A DNA stretch of 64,000 nucleotides from Bacteroidales bacterium (GTDB lineage: Bacteria > Bacteroidota > Bacteroidia > Bacteroidales > WRLA01), in contig JAIRTP010000049.1 in NCBI GenBank assembly GCA_031254805.1, positions 23,361 through 87,360 of the forward strand. Direction: 5' to 3'. Both the position numbers and the translations under genes were made by a program. Under the pieces are notes generated by a model that worked only from the letters and a program-made list of their open reading frames with translations, had not been told where the DNA came from and did not search any database. Positions within the stretch are counted from its first letter, which is position 1; each line of letters starts with the position of its first letter. This document shows, one piece after another, positions 27,833-37,526 of the stretch.

Positions 27833-29353
27833 ATGCTAAAAAAACTGCGTATTGCCGTCTCCATTATATTTTTTACATTTATTACTCTCTATTTTTTAGA
27901 TTTCGCAGGAATTCTTCCCGAATGGCTCAATTGGGCGGTAAAAATACAATTTGCTTCCGCTTTGTTAGCGTTTAATTTTGGCGTCCTTGCCGTTTTAATT
28001 CTCATCACGCTCCTTTTTGGTAGAATTTATTGTTCAAGCATCTGCCCAATGGGCGTATTTCAGGACATTGTCGGATGGTTCTCAAAGCGAACGGGAAAAA
28101 AGAAAAAACGTTACAAATATGCTCCTCCAAAAAATATTTTACGCTGGTCTATTTTGGGCGTGACTATCTTTTTATTTATTATCGGTTTTCCTGCTTTTTT
28201 GGGATTGATCGAGCCTTACAGCGCTTTCGGAAGAATGATTGTCAACGTTTTCAAGCCGATTTATTTGGCCGGAAATAATCTTTTGTCTTATCTTTTTTCA
28301 AGTTTTGGTAATTATATTTTTTATCATGTCAACGTCAGCATTATAAGCATTTTCTCGTTTGTGATCGGAATGGTTACATTTTTTACCATTGGATTTTTAG
28401 CGTGGCGTTACGGGAGAAGTTATTGTAACGCTATTTGTCCGGTAGGTACCGTTTTAGGATTTTTGAGTAAATTTTCTCTTTTCAAAACACGTATCAATCA
28501 AGAAAAATGCAACAGTTGCAGACTTTGCGCTATAAAATGTAAAGCTTCCTGTATCGACGCCGCTTCCAAAAAAATCGATCACAGCCGCTGCGTCAATTGC
28601 TTTAATTGCTTGAATATTTGTACCCGAGACGCTTTACAATATTCGCTTTCTGTGAAGAAAAAAATAACCGTAGAAGAAAAAAACAACGGGCGCCGACAGT
28701 TTTTATTAACATCGCTTGCATCCATTGCTACCATCCCCACGGCTATGGCGCAAGAAAAAACCGGGCTTTTTGTAACTCCTGAGAAAAGCAGCGCACGAGA
28801 AACCGCCATCGCCCCTCCCGGAGCGCTCAGCGTAAAACATTTGCAGCAACATTGCACGTCGTGTCATCTATGCATCAGCAAATGCCCTCTCAATGTTTTA
28901 AAGCCGGCATTCTTAGAATATGGCTTGGAAGGACTTATGCAACCTGTAATGTACTTCAAGAAAGGTTTTTGTAATTACGATTGCATCATTTGCTCCAATG
29001 TTTGCCCAAACGGAGCATTACAACCGCTTACAATTGAGGAAAAACACGCTACGCAAGTCGGGCGCGTTGTGTTGAGATGGGGACGATGCGTCGTTCGTAC
29101 AGATGAAACAAGTTGCGGGGCTTGTGCAGAACATTGCCCTACCCAAGCCGTTAAAATGATCCCTTTTAGAAATGGCTTAACGCGGCCTGTTGTGGATACA
29201 GAGATTTGTGTCGGATGCGGCGGATGTGAATTTATTTGTCCTGTTCGCCCTCATACCGCTATTTTTGTTGAAGGAAATAACATCCATCAAGAGGCAAAAA
29301 TCGTTATTGACGAAAAGAATAAAGATCTAATAATTGACGATTTCGGATTTTAA
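27833..29353 (+). CDS. Membrane-bound polyferredoxin (NapH/MauN-like 4Fe-4S binding protein)
   Basis: 506 aa. About 5 TM segments carry two CxxxCP motifs (CSSICPMG and CNAICPVG). Six ferredoxin-type Cys clusters follow: CNSCRLCAIKC, CVNCFNCLNIC, CTSCHLCISKCP, CIICSNVCP, CGACAEHCP and CVGCGGCEFICP. Confidence 0.8.
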   Translation: MLKKLRIAVSIIFFTFITLYFLDFAGILPEWLNWAVKIQFASALLAFNFGVLAVLILITLLFGRIYCSSICPMGVFQDIVGWFSKRTGKKKKRYKYAPPKNILRWSILGVTIFLFIIGFPAFLGLIEPYSAFGRMIVNVFKPIYLAGNNLLSYLFSSFGNYIFYHVNVSIISIFSFVIGMVTFFTIGFLAWRYGRSYCNAICPVGTVLGFLSKFSLFKTRINQEKCNSCRLCAIKCKASCIDAASKKIDHSRCVNCFNCLNICTRDALQYSLSVKKKITVEEKNNGRRQFLLTSLASIATIPTAMAQEKTGLFVTPEKSSARETAIAPPGALSVKHLQQHCTSCHLCISKCPLNVLKPAFLEYGLEGLMQPVMYFKKGFCNYDCIICSNVCPNGALQPLTIEEKHATQVGRVVLRWGRCVVRTDETSCGACAEHCPTQAVKMIPFRNGLTRPVVDTEICVGCGGCEFICPVRPHTAIFVEGNNIHQEAKIVIDEKNKDLIIDDFGF

Positions 29354-29363
29354 AAAAACTTTT

Positions 29364-30347
29364 TCATTCAATTTCCGTAAGCCTTTGCTTATCGCTATTT
29401 CTTTTCTTATCAAGACCATATAATAAATAAATAATCGCCGTTGTAGCGATTAAACTTATCATTCCTAAAATAAATGTGTGATCGTTTTGCCCAAATTCCT
29501 CTGCGGTAATATCCACCAATCCCTTTGCTTCGAGGAAAGATACAATCACAACAACCGCATTATTCACAAAATGAGCAATAACCGGAGCCCAAATAGAATG
29601 AGTATAAACCAATAAATACCCTAACATAACGCCTAAAGCAACGCGCGGTAAAAATCCAAAAAATTGCCCATGTATTGCACTGAATATGATCGCTGTAACA
29701 ATAATCGCCCAATGCGCATTCTTGAACCAACTTTTTAATACGTTCTGTATCGCGCCTCTAAATAAAAACTCTTCCGAAACAGCCGGAATTACCGCAATAA
29801 TAAGCAGATTCAATAATAATCCCCAAACCGTATCAGCTCGAAGTAATAGAAGCGTCATTTCTCGAGCGAAAGATTCCATTTGCCATAATCTTGCTTCCAA
29901 CTCGGCAAGAGATTGCGGAAATTTTATAGCTAAATTCCACTCTCCCAACAGATTAACAAACCAAAGTGCAAGAAAAGGGAATAAAAAAGCGACAAGAAAA
30001 AGAAAAATATTATTTATCTTATTGATTTGCAATATTTTAAATGGATTTTTTCTATATAACCAAGAGAATGCAATGGGCGGTATCAACATAGTCCCGATCT
30101 GGATAAACGCTTGCGTGAATTTCAAGAATTGTAACTCTTTTACATCCATGCCGGGCAATAATGTGGATGCAGATACTAACATATCGCCTCCCCAAATCAA
30201 AGCGCCGATCGCCATCGAAAAAAGCGACGAAAAAAGCATCCCCAAAAAAACAAAAAGTAGCAATGTTAATAACTGGTAAAAAGGGTGTAAGCGTGAAATA
30301 TCAAATTTGTCGAGCATATCTGAGAATTTTGTTATTTTGCAATGCAA
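29364..30347 (-). CDS. CPBP-family intramembrane glutamic endopeptidase (CAAX protease-like)
   Basis: It is polytopic and has the EEFLFRG motif and the HFVNN motif. An alternative start is MLDKFDIS at 30317. Confidence 0.8.
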   Translation of the reverse strand: MHCKITKFSDMLDKFDISRLHPFYQLLTLLLFVFLGMLFSSLFSMAIGALIWGGDMLVSASTLLPGMDVKELQFLKFTQAFIQIGTMLIPPIAFSWLYRKNPFKILQINKINNIFLFLVAFLFPFLALWFVNLLGEWNLAIKFPQSLAELEARLWQMESFAREMTLLLLRADTVWGLLLNLLIIAVIPAVSEEFLFRGAIQNVLKSWFKNAHWAIIVTAIIFSAIHGQFFGFLPRVALGVMLGYLLVYTHSIWAPVIAHFVNNAVVVIVSFLEAKGLVDITAEEFGQNDHTFILGMISLIATTAIIYLLYGLDKKRNSDKQRLTEIE

Positions 30348-30371
30348 ATATATGCTCTTTTTGAGATTAAA

Positions 30372-31346
30372 ATGATAAAAATTGGAAATTTAAAATTAGA
30401 AGTATTTCCCATATTGTTGGCGCCGATGGAAGAAATTACCGGAAGCGCTTTTCGTCGTTTGTGTAAACATTACGGCGCGGATATAGTCTACACTGAATTC
30501 ATTGCTGCCGACGGGCTTATCAGAGATGCAAAAAAGAGCATGCAAAAGCTTTATTTTCAAGAGAATGAACGTCCAATAGGCATCCAAATATTTGGCAATG
30601 ACGAATCGGGAATGCGTAAAGCCGCCGAGGTTGCCGCAGAAGCTAATCCTGATATAATTGACATCAATTGGGGATGTCCTGTAAAAAAGGTAGTCAAAAA
30701 ATTTTCCGGATCAGGAATGTTACAAGCCCCCGAACAATTAATCAAAATTACGGCGGAAGTTGTAAAATCCGTAAATATTCCCGTAACCGTCAAAACAAGA
30801 TTAGGTTGGGATGAGAGTAATAAACCAATCGTCGAATTATCTGAAAGGCTCCAAGACGCAGGGATAAAAGCGTTGACCATTCACGGAAGAACGCGTTCAC
30901 AATTATATAAAGGAAAAGCAGATTGGACTTTAATCGGAAAAATAAAAGAAAATCCGCGCATAAAAATTCCTATTTTTGGCAACGGGGATATTACTTCTCC
31001 CGAAATTGCGTTAGCAATGAAGGAAAAATATCATGTCGACGGCATTATGATCGGACGCGCCGCTATCGGAAATCCTTATATTTTTACTCAAACAAAACAT
31101 TTTATCAAAACAGGAACGTTACTTCCTCCGCTCTCTTTAGCAAAAAAAGCGGCGCTTTGTCGTAAACATTTGCTAGAAGAAATTTATGAAAAAGGCGAAC
31201 GCAGCGCTATTTTTGAAATGCGACGACAATATGCTCACTATTTTAAAGGAATTTCCGGAATAAAGCCCTATCGTATCGAATTAATGCAGGTTGAAAATGT
31301 TGATCAAGTTTTATCCATTCTTGATAAAATTCTCACATTGGAATAA
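30372..31346 (+). CDS. dusB: tRNA dihydrouridine synthase B
   Basis: Matching segments are LLAPMEEITGSAFR, DINWGCP and HGRTR. I preferred the ATG at 30372 over the ORF-track start at 30342. Confidence 0.9.
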   Translation: MIKIGNLKLEVFPILLAPMEEITGSAFRRLCKHYGADIVYTEFIAADGLIRDAKKSMQKLYFQENERPIGIQIFGNDESGMRKAAEVAAEANPDIIDINWGCPVKKVVKKFSGSGMLQAPEQLIKITAEVVKSVNIPVTVKTRLGWDESNKPIVELSERLQDAGIKALTIHGRTRSQLYKGKADWTLIGKIKENPRIKIPIFGNGDITSPEIALAMKEKYHVDGIMIGRAAIGNPYIFTQTKHFIKTGTLLPPLSLAKKAALCRKHLLEEIYEKGERSAIFEMRRQYAHYFKGISGIKPYRIELMQVENVDQVLSILDKILTLE

Positions 31347-31352
31347 CCGCCG

Positions 31353-31382
31353 ATAGAATTGTTTCACGTGAAACAATTCTAT
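31353..31382 (+). terminator. Perfect 30-bp palindrome (atagaattgtttcac|gtgaaacaattctat), probable dusB terminator; copy 1 of a repeated palindromic element
   Basis: I checked the pairing base by base over 31353..31382. It starts 7 nt after the dusB stop and is followed by tttctattgtattt. Confidence 0.6.
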
Positions 31383-31802
31383 TTTCTATTGTATTTAAGA
31401 GAATTAGCTCAACTATTCACTATCCATTATTTTTTATTCATTTCATGTTATTTTAACTATCGCGCTATTTGCAAGCGCTGAAATATTCATGAAAGTTCGC
31501 ATATGATATGATATATCTATTTTTCTATTAAACTTAAAATTTCAATGAAGACTTGAAATATTAAATCGCATTTTTTAATTATTTTTTTGCGCTATTTTTA
31601 TGAGAAAATAATTATATAAAAAGCGCAACACATAAAGACTTTTATTTTTTCAGTAAAAACATCAAAAAAATGGCCTTCATAAATGCGATTTAAGCACATT
31701 TCTTAATGTTCCCCATAGTTTTCCTCGCAAAGCCTATAAAATGGCGGAAATCGAAAATTTATAAGGAAATTTAAAGAAAGGTCTTTTCTTGAAAGAAATT
31801 GA

Positions 31803-33695
31803 TCAATCTTTTGGGCCTCCTGCTCCTTTTCCGAGGTATATCGCCAACACTGCAATATCTGCGGGACTTACGCCGCTGATTCGCGAAGCTTGTCCTAATG
31901 TTTGCGGTCTATATTTCGTCAACTTTTCACGCGCTTCATAAGAAAGCGTCGAAATCGCGTAATAATCGAACTCCGATTTTAAGCGCAAATATTCAATCTT
32001 TGATAATCGCTCCGCCGTTTCTTGTTCGCGTAAAATGTAACTGTCATATTTTAATAAAATTCCTGCTTCGGAGAGTTCTTCATCCAACTCCTCTCCTATT
32101 CCTTTCAAAAATTGAGAAAAATCTCTTAACCGATGAGGCAAATCTTCTATCTCAACTTGCGGACGCGCTAACAAAGAAGCAATTTTCATTTTTTGAGTTA
32201 TCACAGGCGTTCCCCTCTCTTCCAAATATAAATTGATCTCTTCGGGAGCTGCGATCGCCTCCTTTGCATAACGAATAATTTGCTCAACATTCGACTGTTT
32301 TTGTTCCACTCTTTTCATACGCTCTCCCGATGCCAATCCAATATCATATCCAAGCTTTGTCAAGCGAAAATCTGCATTATCTTGTCGCAGTAAAATACGA
32401 TATTCGGCGCGCGAAGTAAACATTCTGTACGGCTCATCCACTCCTTTTGTGATCAAATCATCAATCAAAACGCCAATATAAGCTTGCGATCTTAAAAGCG
32501 TAAAAGGCTCTTTTTCCCGTATGGCAAGATGAGCGTTAATCCCCGCCATTAATCCTTGCGCTCCCGCTTCTTCATAACCGGTCGTCCCATTAATTTGTCC
32601 GGCAAAATAAAGCCCTTTGATCAATTTTGTTTCAAGCGCGGCAGTCAATTGCGTAGGCGAAAAATAATCATATTCTATTGCATAACCCGGTTTCATAATT
32701 TGAGCATGTTCCATTCCCGGAATTTTTCGTAACGCTTTAAATTGAATCTCTTCCGGCAAAGAGGAAGAAAATCCGTTTATATAATATTCTTGCGTGTCCC
32801 AAGCTTCCGGCTCTATAAAAAGTTGATGCCTGTTTTTATCTGCGAAACGATTAATCTTATCCTCAATAGAGGGGCAATAACGAGGTCCCGTTCCTTTTAT
32901 CCTTCCCGTAAACATCGGGCTTTGCTCAAATCCCGTACGTAAAATATCATGCGCCTCTTCATTAGTCCAAGTTAACCAGCAACTGCGTTGTCTCGTCAAT
33001 TTCGGCACATTAGTAAAAGAAAATTTTCCCGGATTTTCATCTCCCTTTTGTTCTTGCATTTTAGAAAAATCAATGGAACGACCATCCACGCGAACAGGCG
33101 TTCCGGTCTTTAATCTTGCCGATTCAAAACCCAATTGTTGCAAGTTTTCGGTCAAATTGAAACTGGCTTGCTCTCCAAGCCTTCCACCCGTAAAACTTTT
33201 TAAACCGATATGTATTTTCCCATTCAAGAAAGTTCCATTTGTCAGAATTACCGTTTTAGATTTTATTTCGATTCCTAAGGCAGTTTTTATGCCGACCGCT
33301 CGATCTTTCTCCGTTAAAATATCCGTCACGGCATCCTGCCAAAAGTCCAAATTCGGAATAGATTCCAATTGACATCGCCATTCATGAGAAAAACGTCTTT
33401 TATCACTTTGCGCCCGGGGACTCCACATGGCAGGGCCTTTCGATCTGTTCAACATTCGAAATTGTATCATCGTTTTATCGGTTACGATTCCTGAAAGTCC
33501 GCCCAGCGCATCAATTTCACGTACAATTTGCCCTTTAGCAATGCCTCCCATAGCAGGATTACAGGACATAACTGCGATAGCGGCCAAATTCATTGATATT
33601 AATAAAACAGAACTGCCCATATGAGCGGCCGCGGCTGCGGCTTCGCAACCGGCATGCCCCCCTCCTACTACAATTACGTCGTATAATTTAAACAT
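31803..33695 (-). CDS. mnmG: tRNA uridine 5-carboxymethylaminomethyl modification enzyme MnmG (GidA)
   Basis: 630 aa. The FAD-binding segment reads YDVIVVGGGHAGCEAA and GPRYCPSIE is also present. Confidence 0.95.
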   Translation of the reverse strand: MFKLYDVIVVGGGHAGCEAAAAAAHMGSSVLLISMNLAAIAVMSCNPAMGGIAKGQIVREIDALGGLSGIVTDKTMIQFRMLNRSKGPAMWSPRAQSDKRRFSHEWRCQLESIPNLDFWQDAVTDILTEKDRAVGIKTALGIEIKSKTVILTNGTFLNGKIHIGLKSFTGGRLGEQASFNLTENLQQLGFESARLKTGTPVRVDGRSIDFSKMQEQKGDENPGKFSFTNVPKLTRQRSCWLTWTNEEAHDILRTGFEQSPMFTGRIKGTGPRYCPSIEDKINRFADKNRHQLFIEPEAWDTQEYYINGFSSSLPEEIQFKALRKIPGMEHAQIMKPGYAIEYDYFSPTQLTAALETKLIKGLYFAGQINGTTGYEEAGAQGLMAGINAHLAIREKEPFTLLRSQAYIGVLIDDLITKGVDEPYRMFTSRAEYRILLRQDNADFRLTKLGYDIGLASGERMKRVEQKQSNVEQIIRYAKEAIAAPEEINLYLEERGTPVITQKMKIASLLARPQVEIEDLPHRLRDFSQFLKGIGEELDEELSEAGILLKYDSYILREQETAERLSKIEYLRLKSEFDYYAISTLSYEAREKLTKYRPQTLGQASRISGVSPADIAVLAIYLGKGAGGPKD

Positions 33696-33700
33696 AAATC

Positions 33701-33726
33701 ATGATTGTTTCACGTGAAACAATTAT
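33701..33726 (-). repeat. Copy 2 of the palindromic element (core attgtttcacgtgaaacaat), filling the ybeY-mnmG spacer
   Basis: The perfect 20-bp palindrome spans 33704..33723, or 26 bp with one mismatch. The 20-nt core is identical to 31358..31377. It lies 1 nt after the ybeY stop and 5 nt before the mnmG ATG. Confidence 0.6.
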
Positions 33727-33727
33727 A

Positions 33728-34162
33728 TTATTCATTGATATTCTGATAGTTAATTAGTTTTTCATCTTCCTTTTGACGCATTAGCTTTTGCTCTTCTTCG
33801 CTTTTATCTTTATATCCGCATAAATGTAAAACGCCATGCGCTATAACTCGTAATAATTCTTCTTGCACGGAGGCGGCAAATTTCACAGCATTTTCTCTAA
33901 CTCTCTCAATACTAATAAAAATATCTCCTGAAATGATATTGCGCTCGCTATAATCAAATGTAATAATATCCGTGAGCGTTTTATGATTTAAATATTGCAG
34001 ATTCAACTTTGAAAGATATTCGTCGGAACAAAAAATATAGTTGACTTCTCCCGTTTTATATCCCTCCTCAATAATTATCTTGCGAAGCCATCTCCTGATT
34101 TTCATCTTATCAGAGAGTTTAAAATCAATATCTTCGACAAAAAAAGTAACCGTTGAAGTCAT
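33728..34162 (-). CDS. ybeY: rRNA maturation endoribonuclease YbeY
   Basis: 144 aa with the HGVLHLCGYKD metal-binding motif. Confidence 0.9.
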   Translation of the reverse strand: MTSTVTFFVEDIDFKLSDKMKIRRWLRKIIIEEGYKTGEVNYIFCSDEYLSKLNLQYLNHKTLTDIITFDYSERNIISGDIFISIERVRENAVKFAASVQEELLRVIAHGVLHLCGYKDKSEEEQKLMRQKEDEKLINYQNINE

Positions 34163-34181
34163 AAATATATTTTTAAAAATA

Positions 34182-37100
34182 TTAATCTACGCTATATAAA
34201 TAATCGTTTGTCTTTTTATGATAATATGGCTTGAACTCCGCAGGAGCCATTTTTACAGACTCTCTGATCCCTTGTTGATTCTTTTTGTTAAAGAAGAAAT
34301 CTTCCGGATTGCTATATTTTTGATCTTTTGCTTCGGTCGACTCGCGCCGTTTATCCTCTTCGCGTTCCAATTCAGCTTTTTCAGATCTCAACAGTCGCGT
34401 AACAATATCCTTTTGCCGTTGCAAGGTTTGCTGCGTTATCTTTTTATTGATAATATCTATTTCTGTTTGTTCCATCTCTTTTGCAGCATTTCTCAAGTCG
34501 TTGCCAATCTGATATCCTTCTCCTTGCAACTCTTTCATATATTCTTCCATCATCTCGCGAATCGCTTGTTGTTGCGCCGCAGAACGAACCAACTGTTCGC
34601 TCATTCCTCCCGGAGACAACATGGGATTTTGACCGCCTTGCTTCTCCCCTTCTTGCAAACGTTTTTGAAGATCTTCCAATTGTCGATTGAGTTGCTCTTG
34701 CAATTGTCGCATTGTTTTGGCGTTTCCTTCACCAGGTTTTTGCCCCGGCTTGTTGCCCGGGCTTGAACAATTCCCGTTCTCGCATGCCGATTGTTGTTGT
34801 TGCATATTACGAAGCGATTCATCTAACATTAAAGTAAGATTATTGACCGACGTCATCAATTTCTGCTGATTGGTTCCAGCGTCGTACACTCTCCGATCTT
34901 CCAAATATTTAAACGTCTCGCCAAATTGATAATTAATCTCTTTCAACTCTCCATAAACCATCGAACCGATCATCATTTGACGCTTTGCCAATGCTTTCAA
35001 AGAATCTTCCACAACTCTGAAATCATCTTTCAATTGATGCTGATTCCGAACAACTTCCAAATAACGAGGATCGGCGGTTTTTACGCTTTTTACATTTTCT
35101 ATCAAATCTTCCTGAGTAAAACTGACGCGCAATAAATTCTCTAAAATTTGACGAAGATTTTCAATATCCTCTCCCAGTCCGGCAGTATTCATATTCAATT
35201 CAAATGCGCTTAATTTTTGCGCCATCTCTTTCATCTTCTCAGAGGCTTTTTTTTGCGATTCGGAAGCTTTTTTATTTTTCCCGTCGTTCAACTTATCCGA
35301 AGCGTCTTTCATTGATTCTTCGGCTTCTTTTTGATCTTCACGAGGAGTTTCAAATTTGTTTGGCTTCGACAGCTCTCTATCTCTATGCTCCATCTTTTCC
35401 AATTTTTCCGAGAGTTCTTCCATACGTTTATTCAGATCTTCTTGTTTCTCTTGAAGCTCTTCCTTTTGATCTTTTGAAGCTTTTTCCGTCTCTTCGGCAA
35501 GGTTTTGTTGTTCTTCGGCCAATTTTTCCAACGCCTCTATGGATTCGCGGAGATCTTTCTCAAATTCCAACTGCCTGAAAAGTTCCAAATTACGATCCAA
35601 TTGTTCGGATATCTCTTCATTAGAAAGTTTCATTTGATCCAACGCTTTTTGCATATCCTCTTTGTTTATCTGATCCATCATCTTGCGCATTTCGTCAAAC
35701 ATCTTGCGCATTTCATCGTTCATCAGTTCATCAAAAAGTTTCTCCAACTCCCGCTGTTTATTAAGAATATCTTCGTCAATTTGCTTATGCTGCTCCTCTT
35801 TACGCGCTTTATCAAAATTTTCTTGTTTAATCTGATTCAACAATTGCTCCGTCTCTTCTTGCTTTTTCAGAATCTCCTCCATCCGTTTTTTATCTTCCCA
35901 TTCCGCCGTCTTTTTTTGCAGAAGATCTTTTTTTAACTTATCTATCTCTTGTTGAATATCTTGCACCGCTTTCATAGCATCGTCAAGCGAAGAACGAATA
36001 TTTTCGTTACTTTGATTAGTCGCTTGCTCAATCTCTTCTAAAGTAGGAGCTTTGTAATACAATATTTGTGATTTCGTCGATTTCGGACCATGAATTCCGT
36101 CATTATCAAATATTTCAAAATAATATGAAATTTCGTCTCCGTCTTGAACCCCCAAATCGGGAAGATTTGCAAAGTGGAAAAAATCCTGACGGTTCAGCGT
36201 CTTGTTGATCAAAATAATATCGCGATGTAAAACTTCCTCGTTTTGCCCGACAACGCGATTAACCACAAAAAGGAGCTGTGAAAATCCGTAATCGTCTTCA
36301 ATCATTCCTCGAAAATAGAGACGTTGATCATAAACAGAATCCTGCCGCTGCTCAACTACAATCATCGGATAAGCGTCGGCAATAGCCTTCGCCGAAATAA
36401 AAACAGTATCTTTACTAGAAATATTTTGATTGGCCGCCGTTACTTTCAACAAAATATCGCCGGTAATTTTTGATTGATAAACAAATTGATTCCCTTGTTG
36501 AGGTTCCAATCTTTGCTCCTCTCTATCATTGATTATCAACCATTTAGAATCCTGCGTATAAAAATTCCATGTCGCCAAGCTTCCTTCGGGAACAATAATA
36601 TCGGGATTATTCGAACGCGTTTCATTTTTTAATCCGGTATATAACGGATAAGTAATAACCGTTTCATAACTAACCAATTGAGGTTTAGTCGCTACTTCCA
36701 ACATATAGATTTCTCCGGCAACCTCGCCGGCAGAGATATGAAACCGTATATCGCGCTGAAGATTGGTAAAACGATAGGAAAAGCAGTTAGCCGCAATACT
36801 TTTCATCCTGTGCGACATATTGTTCCAATTGATAAATACTTCGTCCGGAAGTATTTCGCCAGTTACTTTCACTTCCAATTCAAAATCTTCCGATTGAATC
36901 GCTTTCAATTCATTATTTAAAATCTCAAATTGGAATGGGGGAGGGGGGATAAAATTTTCGCTATATTTCACAATTCGTTCAGCCGGTTTGGTGACGACGG
37001 CAGGATTGAAAAGGAATAAAAACAACAATACCGCTATCGGCGGCAGGCCATATTTCAAATATTTAATCGCTGATTTATAGCTTATTGCTAATTTAAATGG

Positions 37101-37526
37101 AATCGGTTTGAGATGTTTGATCTTTTGGTCGATACTTGCCTCGATCAACGCTTGGGAAGCGGTCGCTTCCTGATTGTTTTTCAATTGCAGGGTATTCAAC
37201 AAAACGTCGCTTACCTCTTCAAAATAATTTCCAATGATCTTAGCGGCTTCCTCATAAGTGAGCGTTTTTCCAATATGCAACAATTTGAACAATGGCATGC
37301 CGACCCAACGAACAATAACCGCCAAAACAATGGCTATAAACGACCAAAAGAATATCGTTCGAATCGTCGTTCCAAACTGTCCAAAATATTCTAATAATAT
37401 GAATATCAAGAAGAAAATACCTACCGTTCCTACTGCAAGAATAGTTCCTTTCAGCAACTCGTTCTTGTAGTACCGGCGGATAAACTCATTTAACTTCCGT
37501 AATAATAATTGATAACTGCTCTCCAT
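34182..37526 (-). CDS. Large membrane-anchored coiled-coil protein (DUF4175-like), function unknown
   Basis: About 1114 aa from the ATG at 37526 (the TTG at 37541 is also possible). The N-terminus has three hydrophobic segments. A beta-rich middle is followed by about 450 aa of E/K/Q-rich coiled coil. Its position next to ybeY/mnmG matches my recollection of DUF4175 genes in Bacteroidota. Confidence 0.6.
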   Translation of the reverse strand: MESSYQLLLRKLNEFIRRYYKNELLKGTILAVGTVGIFFLIFILLEYFGQFGTTIRTIFFWSFIAIVLAVIVRWVGMPLFKLLHIGKTLTYEEAAKIIGNYFEEVSDVLLNTLQLKNNQEATASQALIEASIDQKIKHLKPIPFKLAISYKSAIKYLKYGLPPIAVLLFLFLFNPAVVTKPAERIVKYSENFIPPPPFQFEILNNELKAIQSEDFELEVKVTGEILPDEVFINWNNMSHRMKSIAANCFSYRFTNLQRDIRFHISAGEVAGEIYMLEVATKPQLVSYETVITYPLYTGLKNETRSNNPDIIVPEGSLATWNFYTQDSKWLIINDREEQRLEPQQGNQFVYQSKITGDILLKVTAANQNISSKDTVFISAKAIADAYPMIVVEQRQDSVYDQRLYFRGMIEDDYGFSQLLFVVNRVVGQNEEVLHRDIILINKTLNRQDFFHFANLPDLGVQDGDEISYYFEIFDNDGIHGPKSTKSQILYYKAPTLEEIEQATNQSNENIRSSLDDAMKAVQDIQQEIDKLKKDLLQKKTAEWEDKKRMEEILKKQEETEQLLNQIKQENFDKARKEEQHKQIDEDILNKQRELEKLFDELMNDEMRKMFDEMRKMMDQINKEDMQKALDQMKLSNEEISEQLDRNLELFRQLEFEKDLRESIEALEKLAEEQQNLAEETEKASKDQKEELQEKQEDLNKRMEELSEKLEKMEHRDRELSKPNKFETPREDQKEAEESMKDASDKLNDGKNKKASESQKKASEKMKEMAQKLSAFELNMNTAGLGEDIENLRQILENLLRVSFTQEDLIENVKSVKTADPRYLEVVRNQHQLKDDFRVVEDSLKALAKRQMMIGSMVYGELKEINYQFGETFKYLEDRRVYDAGTNQQKLMTSVNNLTLMLDESLRNMQQQQSACENGNCSSPGNKPGQKPGEGNAKTMRQLQEQLNRQLEDLQKRLQEGEKQGGQNPMLSPGGMSEQLVRSAAQQQAIREMMEEYMKELQGEGYQIGNDLRNAAKEMEQTEIDIINKKITQQTLQRQKDIVTRLLRSEKAELEREEDKRRESTEAKDQKYSNPEDFFFNKKNQQGIRESVKMAPAEFKPYYHKKTNDYLYSVD

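Noticed and set aside
29686-30279. A 197-aa plus-strand ORF lies inside the CPBP protease gene.
   Set aside because: It is antisense to a gene with clear family motifs (EEFLFRG, HFVNN) and its own product has no motif.
31353-31382. The palindrome TTGTTTCACGTGAAACAA could be a Rex-type operator.
   Set aside because: Rex boxes read TTGTGAA-N-TTCACAA. Here the GTGAA and TTCAC half-sites are in the opposite order (TTCAC-GTGAA), so it does not fit that consensus.
34218-35936. Several long plus-strand ORFs (182, 124 and 143 aa, and others) lie opposite the DUF4175-like gene.
   Set aside because: They sit antisense to the E/K-rich coiled-coil region. Their products are low-complexity L/F/I-rich mirror translations with no motifs, which is typical of shadow ORFs.
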